Shown here piece after piece: positions 48,713 through 61,565 of a stretch of DNA of 64,000 bases. The position numbers were made by a program, and so were the translations under genes. The notes below the pieces were generated by a model. The model ran no database searches. It was not told the origin of the DNA and was given only the letters and a program-made list of their open reading frames with translations. The stretch comes from Elsinoe ampelina (lineage: Eukaryota), in NCBI GenBank assembly GCA_010093995.1, contig ML992506.1, positions 789,196-853,195 of the forward strand, read 5' to 3'. The stretch's first letter is position 1; each line of letters opens with the position of its first letter.

Positions 48713-50402
48713 TTAAACATCAGAAGTCCTCTCCAACTTGTCCAACTTCTCCTTTGCGACGCTGAGATCGGCACCCTCAGCATCGTGCCTGAATTCCTCG
48801 TCACGTTGACGAACCTCAGCGAGGACAGTCTTGTTGGCCTGCCAGACTGGCTTGACTTCAAACAGCCGGTCCATGTACTCAAGTGGTACAGACTTGGTCT
48901 CTGGGATGAGGAAGAAGACGAAGAAGACCGAGACGATCATCAACGAGGCAAAGAAGAAGTAGACACCGCAGCCTGACCTTCCCATCTTCAAGAACATCTG
49001 AGGTGTGAAGCGAGATACAATAAAGTTGTAGAACCAGTTGCTTGCTGCAGCAGAAGCTTGGCCCAATGGACGACTGGCTGTGTCGAACATCTCAGAATTG
49101 AGCACCCATGGGGTACCGTTCCATGATGGAGTGTAGAAAGCGGTCCAGAGGTAGAAAAAGAAGATGGCTGCGATACCGCCAGAGGTGGGCGCAGCATTCG
49201 TACCAGACGCGTTGGCGTTCGGGTTGGAACGGTACACGTATGCTCCGATGATCCACATGCAGACTGAGCCTCCACAAGCACCAATCATGAGCAATTGCCT
49301 GCGTCCGAGGTGGTCGATGAGATAGAGCAACCAGATAAAGGTGAGGACTGTCTTGACCACGCCGAAGAGACCAGTTGTGAGGAAACCAGTGTTGGTTCCA
49401 GTAATACCAAGCGATCGGAAAACCGTGGGAGAGTAGTAATTGACGGCATTGATGCCCGATCCGTTCTGCCAGAGGAAGAGCATGCTACCGAGGAAAAGTC
49501 TGTAGAGAACTTTCTTGTCGCGGGCAGCTGCCTTGAATGGAGCCCAGAAACCAGAGCCGATACGCGAGGTATCAGCGGTGATGGCTGCGTCAATCAGACC
49601 GACCTCTTCAACAATGTAGATGTCATCAGCATTCAGCTTGCGAATCCAGCAGAGGTTCTTCATGGCCTCGTCGCGTCGGTTCTTTGTAAGAAGCCATCGT
49701 GGAGACTCCTTGAGGAAGAATGTGCCGAACAAGAGCAGACCTCCTGGGATGAGTTGCACAGCGAAGGGAATGATCCATTGAGACCAGGATTCCGGCATAG
49801 TAGTGTTGACACCGTAACTGGAAAATATCAGTAAAGCAAATTGACGCACAGCGCGAGTCTACTTACTTGATCCAAAAGCCCACAAGGCCTCCAATTTGCC
49901 AACCAAATTCGTAAATGCCGACGAGACGTCCACGAATGGCTGGAGGAGAGAGTTCTGAGATGTAGATGGGTACCAACATGGATGAACCGCCCACACCCAG
50001 ACCAGCAAGGACGCGTCCGCCGTAGATGAGACCAAGGCCGCGTGCGCGGTTGGCACCCAGCATAATGCCAGCACCGACTTGAAAGATACTTGCGTAGACA
50101 TACAAGCTCTTCTTGCGGCCGAGGTAGTATGCAAATGGATATGCAGAAATGGCGCCAAAAAAGGCACCGGCCTGGTAGACTGAGACGATATTGGAGTTGA
50201 TCAAGGCGCGCTGAGGGGCACTGAGTGTGCCGAGCTGGAATTCCTTGACAAAGGACGGGAGAGCGAGTGTCGTTCCAATGAAGGCCGAATCATAACCGAT
50301 CATGCATGCTGCGAATGAGGCAACAGCGGCACACATGTACACACGCCAGTTGTATACGGCCTTTGGCGTTGGCCTATCCTCGACGAGGGTGAGGATGCCC
50401 AT
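48713..50402 (-). CDS. qutD: Quinate permease (sugar-porter MFS)
   Basis: LVEDRPTPKAVYNWRVY, GYDSAFIGTT, PIYISELSPPAIRGRL, QNGSGINAVNYYSP, WNGTPWV, PETK. Intron 49866-49818. Confidence 0.96.
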
Positions 50403-50899
50403 GATGAATGTTGTTCAAAGGTCTGTCGACCCTTGCGTGTAGGTAGAGTAAAGGTGGTGAAGAGGGGAAGATGCAAGTGATGAAAAAGATCAAGGGCGAA
50501 TCGAGATTGATTTAATTAGCTCGAGGTCCGGGGGCGAGTATCTTATGCAGATCGCGAGACGACACTTCGGGATGTGAGCAGAGGGGACTGGGGTAGTCTC
50601 CACGGGGTGCCCGCATGTAAGATGCCAGCCACAAACCGTTCTCGTCGTGAGTGCTAAGGCACTATCTCCGCTTGACCTGTGTCCTGACGTGTTTGAGGAG
50701 AGATGGATCAGGGCCGGAAGAAGACTTTTCACTCACACAACGTTGAAGTCACGACAAGGAGCGATACCGGGAGCAGGGCACGAAGGTGTCTGTGGTTGGT
50801 TGCTGAGAGAAACAATTTTGCGGACCCTGTTTCTGTGTCTTGATTTGCCGAGAACGGTCCAGCCTGGATCAGTCGTTTCAAATACTCGATCATTGGCGC

Positions 50900-50948
50900 A
50901 GAAGAATCTTTATCCGCCCACCTCCAGGTTTTCAAAGAGCTTTCTTCC
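50900..50948. promoter_or_regulatory. Two candidate QutA sites in the qutD-qutC divergent promoter
   Basis: AGAAGAATCTTTATCC (50900-50915, reverse complement GGATAAAGATTCTTCT) and CAAAGAGCTTTCTTCC (50933-50948). Both are followed by GCC. Confidence 0.5.
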
Positions 50949-51266
50949 GCCGTGTGTTTCGACCTGACATTGTTGTGATTACGCACTCGAATCCTGTCCG
51001 GCTGATCGCGATCTCTGCAACATGCTGGAGTTATGATCTTACTGCGCGCATGAGTGTTCGTCCGCAGCAGTGGTCGGTTCAAGGTAAGGCCCATTCGGCC
51101 AAGTCATTGTCTGATTATCATCCTCTGGGGGCTTGCTATCTCGCAACCAGCTGCATGTACGCAACTGTTTAACCTCGAAGCTCCTCCTCGTAGCCAGCAT
51201 ACACTCGATCCCACAAGTTCTTCTAGTCCCTCTCACACTTCGTATCACACTCTCCATCTTTCCACA

Positions 51267-52379
51267 ATGCCCTGCAGACCGGGCATCTCTTCCATGTCAC
51301 TAGGCCGTGCATGGGTCCATGGCATGCGAACCAAGCTCGAACAAGCTGCCAAGTATGGCTTCGAAGGTGTCGAGATATTCTACGAAGATCTGGAGTATCT
51401 CGCAGATTCCTCATCGAATGGCAAGTCCCACCAAGGTCTGCGAGCAGCAGCACAATCGATACGGAACATGTGCGATGAACTCGGCCTTATCATCATCAAT
51501 CTTCAACCATTCAGCCAGTACGACGGTTTACGGGATCGTTCAAAGCATGCGGCTCGTCTGGAGGAGATGAAGCTCTGGTTCGAGCTGGCCGACATCATGA
51601 GGACTGATCTTATCCAAATACCTGCATCGTTCCTGCCCCCTGACCAGGCCACTGGCGATATCTACACTATCGTGTCTGATTTGAGAATCGTTGCCGACCT
51701 CGGCCTTCAAAGAAATCCGCCCATCAGATTCGCATACGAGAGCTTATGCTTCAGTACCTACATCGACACCTGGGAAAAATGCTGGGATGTCGTCCAGCGT
51801 GTTGATCGACCCAATTTCGGCATCTGTCTCGACACATACAACATCGCTGGCCGCGTCTATGCAGACCCAGCCGCTCCGACCGGAAAGACAGAAGATGCAG
51901 AGATTGCTACCACCATCTCCATCCAGAATCTTGTCAAGACACTCGATGTCAGTAAGGTTTTCTTCATCCAAGTCGTTGACGCCGAGCTACTCTCTGGTCC
52001 ACTAGTCGAGGGACACGAGTTCTACGACAAAGAACAGCCCGCACGTATGAGCTGGAGTCGAAATTGCAGACTCTTTTACGGCGAAGAGGATCGCGGAGCA
52101 TACCTGCCTGTGAGGGAAATCACCAAGGCTATCATCAATGGCCTGGGCTTCCAAGGATGGGTGTCGATGGAGTTGTTTAATCGGTCAATGTCAAACCCAT
52201 CCCCGACGGTACCACAAGAACATGCCAGAAGAGGCATGGTTTCATGGTCCAAGATCCAGAAGGACACACAACTCGTGGCTTCACCACCCAGATATCAACC
52301 AGAGCAAATCCGCGGTCCGACCGCGAACATGACGATGATGTCGACACACAGCGAGCCACGTCTTGTCAGTATTCCGTAA
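51267..52379 (+). CDS. qutC: 3-dehydroshikimate dehydratase
   Basis: ISSMSLGRAW, GFEGVEIFYEDL, LQPF..YDGL, RFAYESL, RPNFGICLDTYNIAG, RMSWSRNCRLF, GWVSMELF. Confidence 0.95.
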   Translation: MPCRPGISSMSLGRAWVHGMRTKLEQAAKYGFEGVEIFYEDLEYLADSSSNGKSHQGLRAAAQSIRNMCDELGLIIINLQPFSQYDGLRDRSKHAARLEEMKLWFELADIMRTDLIQIPASFLPPDQATGDIYTIVSDLRIVADLGLQRNPPIRFAYESLCFSTYIDTWEKCWDVVQRVDRPNFGICLDTYNIAGRVYADPAAPTGKTEDAEIATTISIQNLVKTLDVSKVFFIQVVDAELLSGPLVEGHEFYDKEQPARMSWSRNCRLFYGEEDRGAYLPVREITKAIINGLGFQGWVSMELFNRSMSNPSPTVPQEHARRGMVSWSKIQKDTQLVASPPRYQPEQIRGPTANMTMMSTHSEPRLVSIP

Positions 52380-52916
52380 AGAGGGTCGCTGAAGCACACC
52401 TTCATGTTTTCGGTACCAAGTGCATAGCGACGGATAGGGAAAGCATGTCGGGTCAGTAAGATTACCTACTTTGTATATAAATGCTGCACGAGCTTGCATA
52501 TATCATAACGAATGAATGTTCTCTAAAGCAGAATTGACCACTCACAAGCTGCCTAATTGACGTTGTCTGAAGCAGGGGAGCTCTTCGGCTACCTGCGGCT
52601 GTAGGCCAGACCGAAGACGTTCTTTTGCGGCTCAGATCTCGCCAACCAATCAGATACGACTTCTCCACACTTTTCACGTGTCGGTCATCAAAGGCCGCTC
52701 ATTTGCGCGGCTGTCCGCGGTTGACCTAAATTGTATCCGGGCTTGTCCTTGAATAGCAGCAGAACTGCCTGCGCTATCCGGCAGGTTGTCAGACGAAGAG
52801 GTAGGTGTAAGAGACATTTCGGTTAAGAAGGCTGACCTTCCACCATCTCTACTTTCGAGCGCCTCTCCTTTCCTCCCTCCTCCAAGCCGGCATTACAGCA
52901 AGCACTAACCACAGGC

Positions 52917-54568
52917 ATGGCACTGCTGGATCTTCCCTTTTTCAAGGGCCTCGTGCTCCTCGTCACTCTACCCGTAAGACGAAATGAATCACTAGGAGAT
53001 GGTAGTACGCTGACATGTCTAGTTGATCGGCATCTTTGTCTACAGAGTCTTCCTGCACCCTCTGGCAAAGTACCCTGGCCCCCTCCTCGCAAAGTTCACA
53101 GATCTCTGGGCTGTATGGCACGCATGGCAGGGATGCCTCGCGCAAGAGCTGACGCGGTTACATGAAAAACATGGTGAGTAGCCGTCCGGCGGACCACGGC
53201 AATAGTAAGCTGACCAACATGTCAGGCGACTTTGTCAGATTCGGCCCCAACCGTATCTCGGGCAACACGACCGAAGCGCTAGAGAATGTGTATGGCTTCA
53301 AGGCCAACACACGTAAGAGCCAGTGGTACTACACCTTTGCCGTTGATCCGGCCCGACCAAGCACCCATACCATCATCGACAGGACGCAACATGCCAGGAA
53401 ACGCAGAGTTGTGGCTCAGGGACTCTCGACAAAGTCCACTGCCGCTTTTGAAGAACATGTAATTGAGAGCGTGGACATTCTTGCCAAGGCCATGTCCTCC
53501 TCCAAGGTCAAGCCAGAGTACAATGAAGGCTGGACCGATAGCAAGGACATGGCTGAATGGGCTAGCTACCTCACTAACGATGTCATGGGCTCTATGGTCT
53601 TCAGCAAGCGCTTTGGTCTCATGGAGACTGGCGAGAACAGATGGCTGAAAGACGCTGTCCCAATTGCTTCTCGCAACAAGTACGCTTGCGGCTTCATGCC
53701 GTGGATCATCCGTTCTGGATTCGACACCATCATCATGCCGAAGCTGGCAGGACTGCGTATCAAGCTCAAGGCTTTCAGTATTGCCCAGCTGCAAAATCGC
53801 TTTGCCCGCAAGGACGACGAGAGCTTACACGACATCTTCCACTTCATTCTCAAAGCCAAGGACCCTGAGACTGGTGAAGGATTTGGCATGCACGAGCTTG
53901 GGTCCGAGGCGAACCTCATGATTGCCGCTGGCGGCGACACGACTTCTACAGCTATTGCTTCCACCTTCTTCTTCATCACCAAGGCCGGCAACGAGCATGT
54001 TCTTGAGAAGCTGACCAAAGAGATCCGAAGCAAGTTCTCTTCCTACGACTCTATCCGCCCGGGTGCTGAGCTTAGCGCCTGCACCTACCTGCGTGCATGC
54101 GTGGACGAATCCATGCGCATCTCTCCACCCGTACCATCCCCTCTTATGCGAGAAGCACTCACTGGAGGCGTCAACATCAATGGCAACAACTTCCCGGCAG
54201 GCACTGATCTCGCTGTCCCATCTTACGCCATCCACAGAAACCCGAAATACTTCACCGAACCCCTCCGCTTCGAGCCCGAACGATGGATCTCTAAATCAGC
54301 CAGCGAGAAGGATGCTTCAGTACAACTCGCACAGTCCGCTTTCTGCCCCTTCTCTATTGGTCCAAGGAATTGTGTTGGACGCAGCGTTGGCTACCTCGAG
54401 ATGACGACCACTATTGCTAGGATTCTCTGGTCGATGGATATCCGGAGAGAACCAGGCAGCGTTGAGGGTGAGGAGACGGATGGTACTTATAAGCTGATTG
54501 ACGGTTTCGTGGCAGAGAAGACGGGACCTATGGTGCAATTTAGACCAAGAAAGTCTGCCATGGCGTGA
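52917..54568 (+). CDS. Cytochrome P450 monooxygenase, substrate unknown
   Basis: N-terminal anchor, HPLAKYPGP, VRFGPN, I-helix AGGDTT, ESMR, PERW, heme motif FSIGPRNCVG. Introns 52974-53022 and 53174-53225. Confidence 0.93.
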
Positions 54569-55068
54569 TGGATGTACCGGGGCAAAAGTTGAGAAGAGGA
54601 GGACGCATCGCTTGTCATGACTCTCATATCACGGGGCATATTGTGGCGCTGGGACATGATATTCGGTGACCTACATAGCATGGCCTTTATTCATGAATTT
54701 TGGATGCGATCAAGTAAGGTATGGCAGAGAGAAATGTCTGTCGATCTCATTACGGTAAATCGATCTGTAGACCCCTGCTGGCGGTGCCGCGCTAAAGACG
54801 GACGCTAGGGCCCGATCCGCGCTCGGTTGCCCTGCACGCCGACCTTGTTTTTGGAGCAGGAACGGCCGCGGAGCTTCGACTGACACACGAGGTGCTACAG
54901 GCGAATCACACTGCAATTCGTTCTTCTCGTGGCACAGAGCCTATTATCACAGCTCATCAGCAGACAAGAAAAGGGAGCACTCAAACAAAATGCCTTCCAC
55001 ACCTCTGGTACGTCGTCGAAGTCCATTCCACCAACATACGTATGAGTTGAACAACCCCGCTAACAACA

Positions 55069-57083
55069 ATGCAGCACGATAATGCCTTCTTCTCGCCATC
55101 ACAGACACCCCAGGGCAGTCCGAGCAAGAAGCAGGCTCCTCCAGGGGCTTTCGACTTGCCAGATGCGTTCGCCAACGCGATGAAGCTGATGCCTTCATCG
55201 AATGCCAGCAACAAAGGAGCGGGGTCACCAGGAAAGGGGCTGCAGACATGGCAGGACCAGTTCCAAGACGCGATGAGTCCGATCGACGGCAAGAACGCAG
55301 CACCTGGATCACCGACGAGGAAGTCGAACCAAGAGAACACCCCGCCTGCGAGAGCGAACCTACAGAAGGATGGTGGCTACCTGAGTCAAGCAGCGGCATC
55401 ACGTCAGGATCCATACCGAACACATGACCGCCCAGCGTCGCCAACGCGACAGCCCTTCACCATCTCACCGACACAGGAAGAGATTGAGAAATTGCAGAAG
55501 CCCAATGTCAGGCGATTGGCAAACGTGACACAGCTATGTAAGTGATACTCTCCAGTAGTGTCCAGGTGATAACTGACAGGGGCAAGATTTTCTCGACTAC
55601 TACTACGATCTTCTAAGCTATGTTCACACCCGCCAGACTCGTATGGAGACCTTCAAAGCTCACAACCCGCTTCCCCCTGCAACGGACAAGGACGAGTACC
55701 AGACGAATCTCACACAATACCTCGGCCGTGAGCGCGCAAATCTGCGCAGTCGTCGTACGAGACTGCGACATGGTGATTTCCAGGTCTTGACACAAGTCGG
55801 ACAGGGTGGATATGGTCAAGTCTACCTGGCGCAAAAGAAGGATACACGCGAAGTTTGTGCGCTCAAGATCATGTCAAAGAAGCTTCTCTTCAAGCTCGAC
55901 GAGGTTCGCCACGTCCTGACCGAGCGCGACATTCTCACAACCGCTAAGAGCGATTGGCTGGTACGTCTACTCTATGCCTTTCAGGATGATTCAAGCATCT
56001 ACCTCGCCATGGAGTACGTGCCTGGTGGAGATTTCCGCACTCTGCTCAATAACACTGGGGTCCTCCACAATCGTCATGCTCGCTTCTACATCTCCGAGAT
56101 GTTCATGTGCGTCGATGCTCTCCACCAGCTCGGCTACATCCATCGCGATCTCAAGCCGGAGAACTTTCTCATCGATGGTACTGGCCACGTCAAGCTCACC
56201 GACTTCGGGCTCGCAGCCGGTTTTCTCGCTCCTGCCAAGATAGAATCCATGCGCATCAAGCTCGAAGAAGTCGGCAAAATGCCACGCGAAGCCATTCCAT
56301 TCGGCCGTCCAATGGAAGAACGTTCTCTGAAAGAGCGCCGCGACGGCTACCGCTCCCTCCGCGAACGCGACGTCAACTACGCCAAATCCATCGTCGGCTC
56401 CCCCGACTACATGGCCCCGGAAGTCCTCAAAGGCGAAGAATACGACTTCACAGTCGACTACTGGTCCCTCGGATGTATGCTGTTTGAGGCCCTAGCCGGC
56501 TACCCGCCCTTCGCCGGCTCTACCGTCGATGAAACCTGGCAAAACCTCAAACGATGGCAACAGGTCCTCCGCAAGCCCGAGTACGAAGACCCGAACTACT
56601 TCCTGTCCAAGCGCACATGGGACCTCATCACTCGTCTCATCGCAGTCAAGACCAACCGTCTTCGCGGGTTCAAGGCCGTCCGCGAGCACGCTTACTTCGC
56701 GGAGGTGAAGTGGGATGGGCTCAGGGAGGAGCGCGCCCCGTTCGTGCCAGAGCTGGACAGCGAGACGGACGCGGGATACTTTGATGATTTCAGCAACGAG
56801 AAGGATATGGCCAAGTACAAGGAGGTGTTGGATAAGCAGGAGGCGTTGGAGAAGATGGCCGAGAGGGATGAGAAGATGGGGAAGCACTTGTTTGTTGGGT
56901 TTACTTTCAGGTATGTCTACCCGTGTGAAGGGAAATGAGGAAAGGGGGAATGGTCTTGTGTGATGGGTGCTAATGGGTGGCAGACACCGTAAGCCGACGA
57001 CGGATGAGAATGGGAGGCCGAGCAGTCCGAGGAAGCCATTGGCTGCTGTGACGGAGGATGAGAATTTTGGGACGATCTTCTAG
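55069..57083 (+). CDS. DBF2: NDR/AGC kinase Dbf2/Sid2 (MEN/SIN)
   Basis: RRLANVTQLYFLDYY, GRERANLRSRRTRL, QVGQGGYG, HRDLKPENF, SIVGSPDYMAPE, FVGFTFRH, NFGTIF. Introns 55538-55586 and 56911-56983. Confidence 0.95.
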
Positions 57084-57524
57084 GTCGCTCGCCATGCTAA
57101 TGGGTCGGAGAAGGGGAGAGGTGTGGTGGAGAATGCAGTGCTGCTGCGGAACGAGCAAGATGAGACGACGCTAGGCAGGCGAGATGACATGAGACGCGAC
57201 GAGGGAGGTGAAATTGCATACTTGGCGTCACGGGACAAGGACATGGGACATGGACATGAGCGACGAGGGGAATGGTATGACTGCTTTACTTTACCGTAAG
57301 GGATGATGGCGTATGGTGCTCCGTCTGTGTCTCTGTACTTTAATCACAGCCTCAAGGGAGACGAGCTGGAATGGATGAGGTTATGCATGTCTTGTCGTTG
57401 CACTGAGGCCCATCGTGTCCGATAGAAGATGAGTGATGCGACGGTGAGAACGCATGCTGTAGACCAACGCCGGAGTTATGCTTTGCCTCCCCCATTACGC
57501 TAATGCCGTGTATGCCCCACCCGC

Positions 57525-57971
57525 TCAAGAATCACCACCCTCATCGTCGCCCTCGTCGACGCTCTCCCTTTCCTGTTGTTCAAGCTCCATGATCCTGACG
57601 AGATCCCTCACGGGGTCATATTCGTCAAAAGTGAGACGACCCAACGAGCCCTCGAGATTTTCCTGATACGATTGCGCCTCTCCCACCGCGGCCTCGTGCT
57701 CAGCGGCTCCATCGCCCGTCCCAGCGACTTGATCCTGATGTGCAGGCGGAGACGTCAAAGGGGTACGAGTCTCGGGCAGCGCTCTGCGTAGCGTTTCCCT
57801 GTCGACGAAGAACCAGTCGTTTCCTCCATCAGTGTTCTGTACATCTTCATGCTCGCTTCTTTGCGCATCTGGGTCTGGATGAGTTGTGTCGTGCTGAGGG
57901 ATGAACAGAGGTGGGGAGGTGGCAGGAGGTGTGAAGGGAGGTGTGACGGGACGACCGTGGTTGTCGCACAA
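57525..57971 (-). CDS. Hypothetical acidic low-complexity ORF
   Basis: 148 codons, no in-frame ATG near the 5' end. A CTAAC...CAG/TAG acceptor-like signal lies near 58082-58100. Gene structure unresolved. Confidence 0.25.
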   Translation of the reverse strand: MCDNHGRPVTPPFTPPATSPPLFIPQHDTTHPDPDAQRSEHEDVQNTDGGNDWFFVDRETLRRALPETRTPLTSPPAHQDQVAGTGDGAAEHEAAVGEAQSYQENLEGSLGRLTFDEYDPVRDLVRIMELEQQERESVDEGDDEGGDS

Positions 57972-58190
57972 TGGGCTGGAGTAATGCCTCTTTCTCGTGA
58001 TGCCTCCAGGTGGTAGAGGGATATCGAATTCGCCGTTGACGAGGTCCTGCTAGGTCGCTCGGGCGGCTCCGATCTGATGCTCTACTGGGTGATTGTTAGT
58101 GTCGTTCGTAGCTTCAAATGTCCGAGATGATGAAGATAGTTGAGATTGTATAGTGATGCTTTAGATGGAGATGAATGTGACGAGGTTAGA

Positions 58191-59420
58191 TCACCGACTT
58201 TCGCTGTAATCATTCAGAGCTACGCAGACTGCGCCTCTATGGTGGCCGTTGTATTGTCTGATGACACTCTTGCTGCTCAGCTCCCACAGACGAGCGTAAT
58301 GGTCGCTACAAGCTGTGACAAGGTATGCCGAGTCGGCTGAAAAGGCACAATCCCACACCCATCGCTGATGTCCGTCCAGCTCTTGCTCGAGCTTGAAAGG
58401 GCTATCGGCGCCGGGATCGGTGTTGCGCGACTTCTTCTCCTCTTCTTCAGGCGATAGGACCGGCGGGTTCAGGGCTGCTGGATTGCTGAGATCGACTCCC
58501 CAAATGCGAGCTGTGTGGTCGGCGGAGCATGTCGCAAGATGGCGAACGTCGGGTGAGAGCAGAACGCGAGTGATGTATGTCTGATGTGCTCGGAACTTCG
58601 TCACTGGGACCAGGGTAGTAACATCCTTTGCCGTGATCATGCGCCACACGTAGACAGCACCGTGCATGCTGTTGGATACAGCGGCGCATAGTAGGCTCCC
58701 ATCTGATGCCACCGTGACAGAAGCGACCGATTTGTCTTCCTCCGGAATGAGCTGGTGACTGCACTTGTTTTCTGACAAATCCCAGATGCGCACGTTGCCG
58801 CCACGGTCGCAAGAAATGAGCTCGCCCTGATTCGGGTGTATCACCACATCATTGACCGGAACGCCGTGAGAGTAGTTGCGCTGCACATTGCCAGTCCGAG
58901 TGTCCCAGATCTTGACGGTGCCATCTTCAGAAGACGTCACCATCCATTTACCCTCACAGTGGAACTGTACACCGGTGATGTTGTTGGTGTGGCCTTCGAA
59001 GGTGAGGACTGCGGTCGGATTTGTGGACTTGATATCGTAGAGCTTGACAGTATGGTGACCAGCTGCTGCTAGAAATCGCTTGTCGGGAGAGATACATAGA
59101 CGGTTGACTTGGCTGTCGGGGTGAGGAATGGTGCGAGAGCAGATACCCGAGAGGGCTTCCCAAAACCTGTTCAGTTCAGCGCCTGCACGAGTCTTGACCC
59201 TTGGAGACATTTTGATGATAATTGAAGACCCCAGGCACCATCGATTGATGGATATGAGGACTGATCAATGAAGGTTCACTCCCGAGGTGAAACGCCAGGC
59301 TCAAGATTCAACGTACCTGATTGTGTGGTCATAACCAGCTTGACAGTGTCAGCTCCACGGTCCTTATGAGCTTCTTCTCCACCAGCGGGGTGACTTACCG
59401 GTACACAGAATGACGCTCAT
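58191..59420 (-). CDS. LST8: TOR complex subunit Lst8 (WD40)
   Basis: [68 protein letters not shown]. Exons 59420-59399, 59338-59317, 59166-58191. Confidence 0.96.
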
Positions 59421-61565
59421 GTCGCGCGCCTGTGGTGCTGCAACAGCGGCTGGTCACTGAGTGATGTTATATTTCAGCTCATGTGCTCTCGGACTCCTTG
59501 CTCTTCCCAACCGTTCGGAGTCCACGTGGACTAGATCCGGTCTGTGCAAAAAGGGTCTTGTTTGTCCGATGGCCACGCTCGTCTCTGACTTTGACGTCCG
59601 TTGCAGGCGGCTGAAGCGAAGCAAAATGAACCCTGTGATTGGCAACCTTCGTAACGCAAGTGTACCTTGGCGGCGCGTGCCTTGCGGGGATACGCGACTT
59701 CGTCTTTCGCCGACGATAGAATCCTCTTTGATAAAATATTAACAACAAGGTCAACCTTTCTGTAATGACGTTCGTTGTAGTGGATGTGCTAAAATGGAAC
59801 GATGCGGTGCGAATGAAGTGCAGAAATGTCGCTGAAGTCGGATTGCGCCCGCACGAGAGCTTGGCAAAACGCTCGAGAGGTCCCCGAAGTCCAACCAGTC
59901 GGGATGCGTCTATGGTCGGCTGGGAAGGGGGAATAGAAGGTGCTTGCCAAAGGTCAGGATCTGTAAGCATGTGTTAGTCGATTCAGCGGATCACTTGCCC
60001 TATTTTCACATGAAGGACGAGCTGTCTGGCTCCAAGTCGTTTCCCAGCATGTGGCAATCTCCCGACATCACCCCAAGTCATGGAGCGACGTTGGACATTG
60101 TGCTTAGTTATATAGTTAGCATCAGATGCGAATGGGGCCCTCATGCCATTCAGCTATGCTGTCATACGTACATGTTACGCTCAAGGAAACGATACTTTGT
60201 CTTCGAGGCTCGAAACGCTGGACAATCTTGGGTTCAGCGATGGACGCCAGCTAATGTTGTACTTGGTAGGCGAACGCTATGTGCTAGCTGCTGTATGCCA
60301 TTCGAAGTGTTATGAGGAAGAGTAGTCTACGGCGAAGGCGAGAAGCGGTCGCTTTCGCGTCCCCAGAGAATCACGTTCGCGTCGACGCGTCTGCTCAGCA
60401 ACTCGGAGAGCGACACCAAGGATCCACTCTGTCAGCCCCCGACTACGGCCATGCCTCGACACTGTTAGCTCTGGGAAAGAAGGCCGGTGCTGCCAGCTGA
60501 CCTCGTCGAGTCAACCAATAACTTCCCGATCCCGTCGAGTCTCGCAGCGGGAATTCATTCAGCACGGCGGCCACGGCCTGCCACGTACGCTATCCGACCA
60601 GCTACGAATCTTTGCTACAGGAGGGTATCCTGGCTTTCGATAGTGGTGACGCATAAGAGAAGTCTACTGGCATCGCGGTCGATATCAAATGCTTATTCAG
60701 GCACCTGTGTGGAAGATGCCTGGAAGAAGCATGCTGAAATTCATTCATCTGGAGCTTGGACCCCATTTCCGCACGAGGCTGAGCTGCGCGTGACCCACAC
60801 ACATCGGAAATGAACAAACAAGATCGACAACCTTGTTCATAGCACGTCGTCGCCATTATCGACCATCTAGTTGACCACAGTCAAGCACTGCATCGTCTAC
60901 CCAAGATCATCTCGTCGCTGGCTACATTCTCCGACTTTTCTCGTTCTGAACGGACTACCTTTGGCAGAATGGCAAATCTAGAGGCCATGTCGCCCAAGAG
61001 ACAGCACGCAGCAGACCCTGCTCCATTGCCTTTAAGCTTGATCTTAGGCTTGATCTGAGATCCATTCGCGTCTATTTTGACAGCCGATGAGTGGTTCGCC
61101 CGCTCCCCTGGGTCCATGACAGTATGTATGCCATCCATCACTCTGAGACATCACTCTGAAACTCTCTGCTGCAGCTATAGCAGAGCTCATCAGAGTTGGA
61201 TGAATTCTTGCCAAAGACCCATGCAAGCTTCTATGAGTGCTGTTCTTTTGCCAGATGCCCAAATGGGTAATTCTGAGAGTAGGTCATGGTATATCTACAC
61301 AGGTAAGCCCAGCAACCCCCCTCTTCTTACACCACATCGTGATCACCCAACTACGATTGCATACAGCATCGAAGTTTTCACACCGTCTTCCGGCACTTTT
61401 TGCATTGCTCTTTGCATTGTATATTGCCTCAAGCATACCAACACAACCACCACGCCATCTTCTATCACGACTACCCCATCACCTTCTCCCACGCCAACCA
61501 CCTCACGTTCTCCGACACCTACCACACCTCCTCATCTCCCTCCAACCTCTCCTCTCCGTCCAACA

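Larger units (their letters stand above)
39818..52379. other. Quinate/shikimate utilisation gene cluster (qut/qa), seven genes
   Basis: Contiguous repressor, Zn2Cys6 activator, type II dehydroquinase, IMPase-like gene, quinate dehydrogenase, permease and DHS dehydratase. Confidence 0.95.

Noticed and set aside
58082..58198. Alternative 3' splicing of LST8 into the downstream acidic ORF
   Set aside because: A branch/acceptor-like signal exists, but the donors are weak and the joins I tried did not enter the 57525 frame. LST8 already ends at its normal position.
61077..61565. Upstream TTG-initiated extension of the orphan ORF, and similar 5' extensions of DUF3405, qutB, qutC and qutR
   Set aside because: These are non-ATG or UTR-like sequences. 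Downstream ATGs have better context or match the family N-termini.
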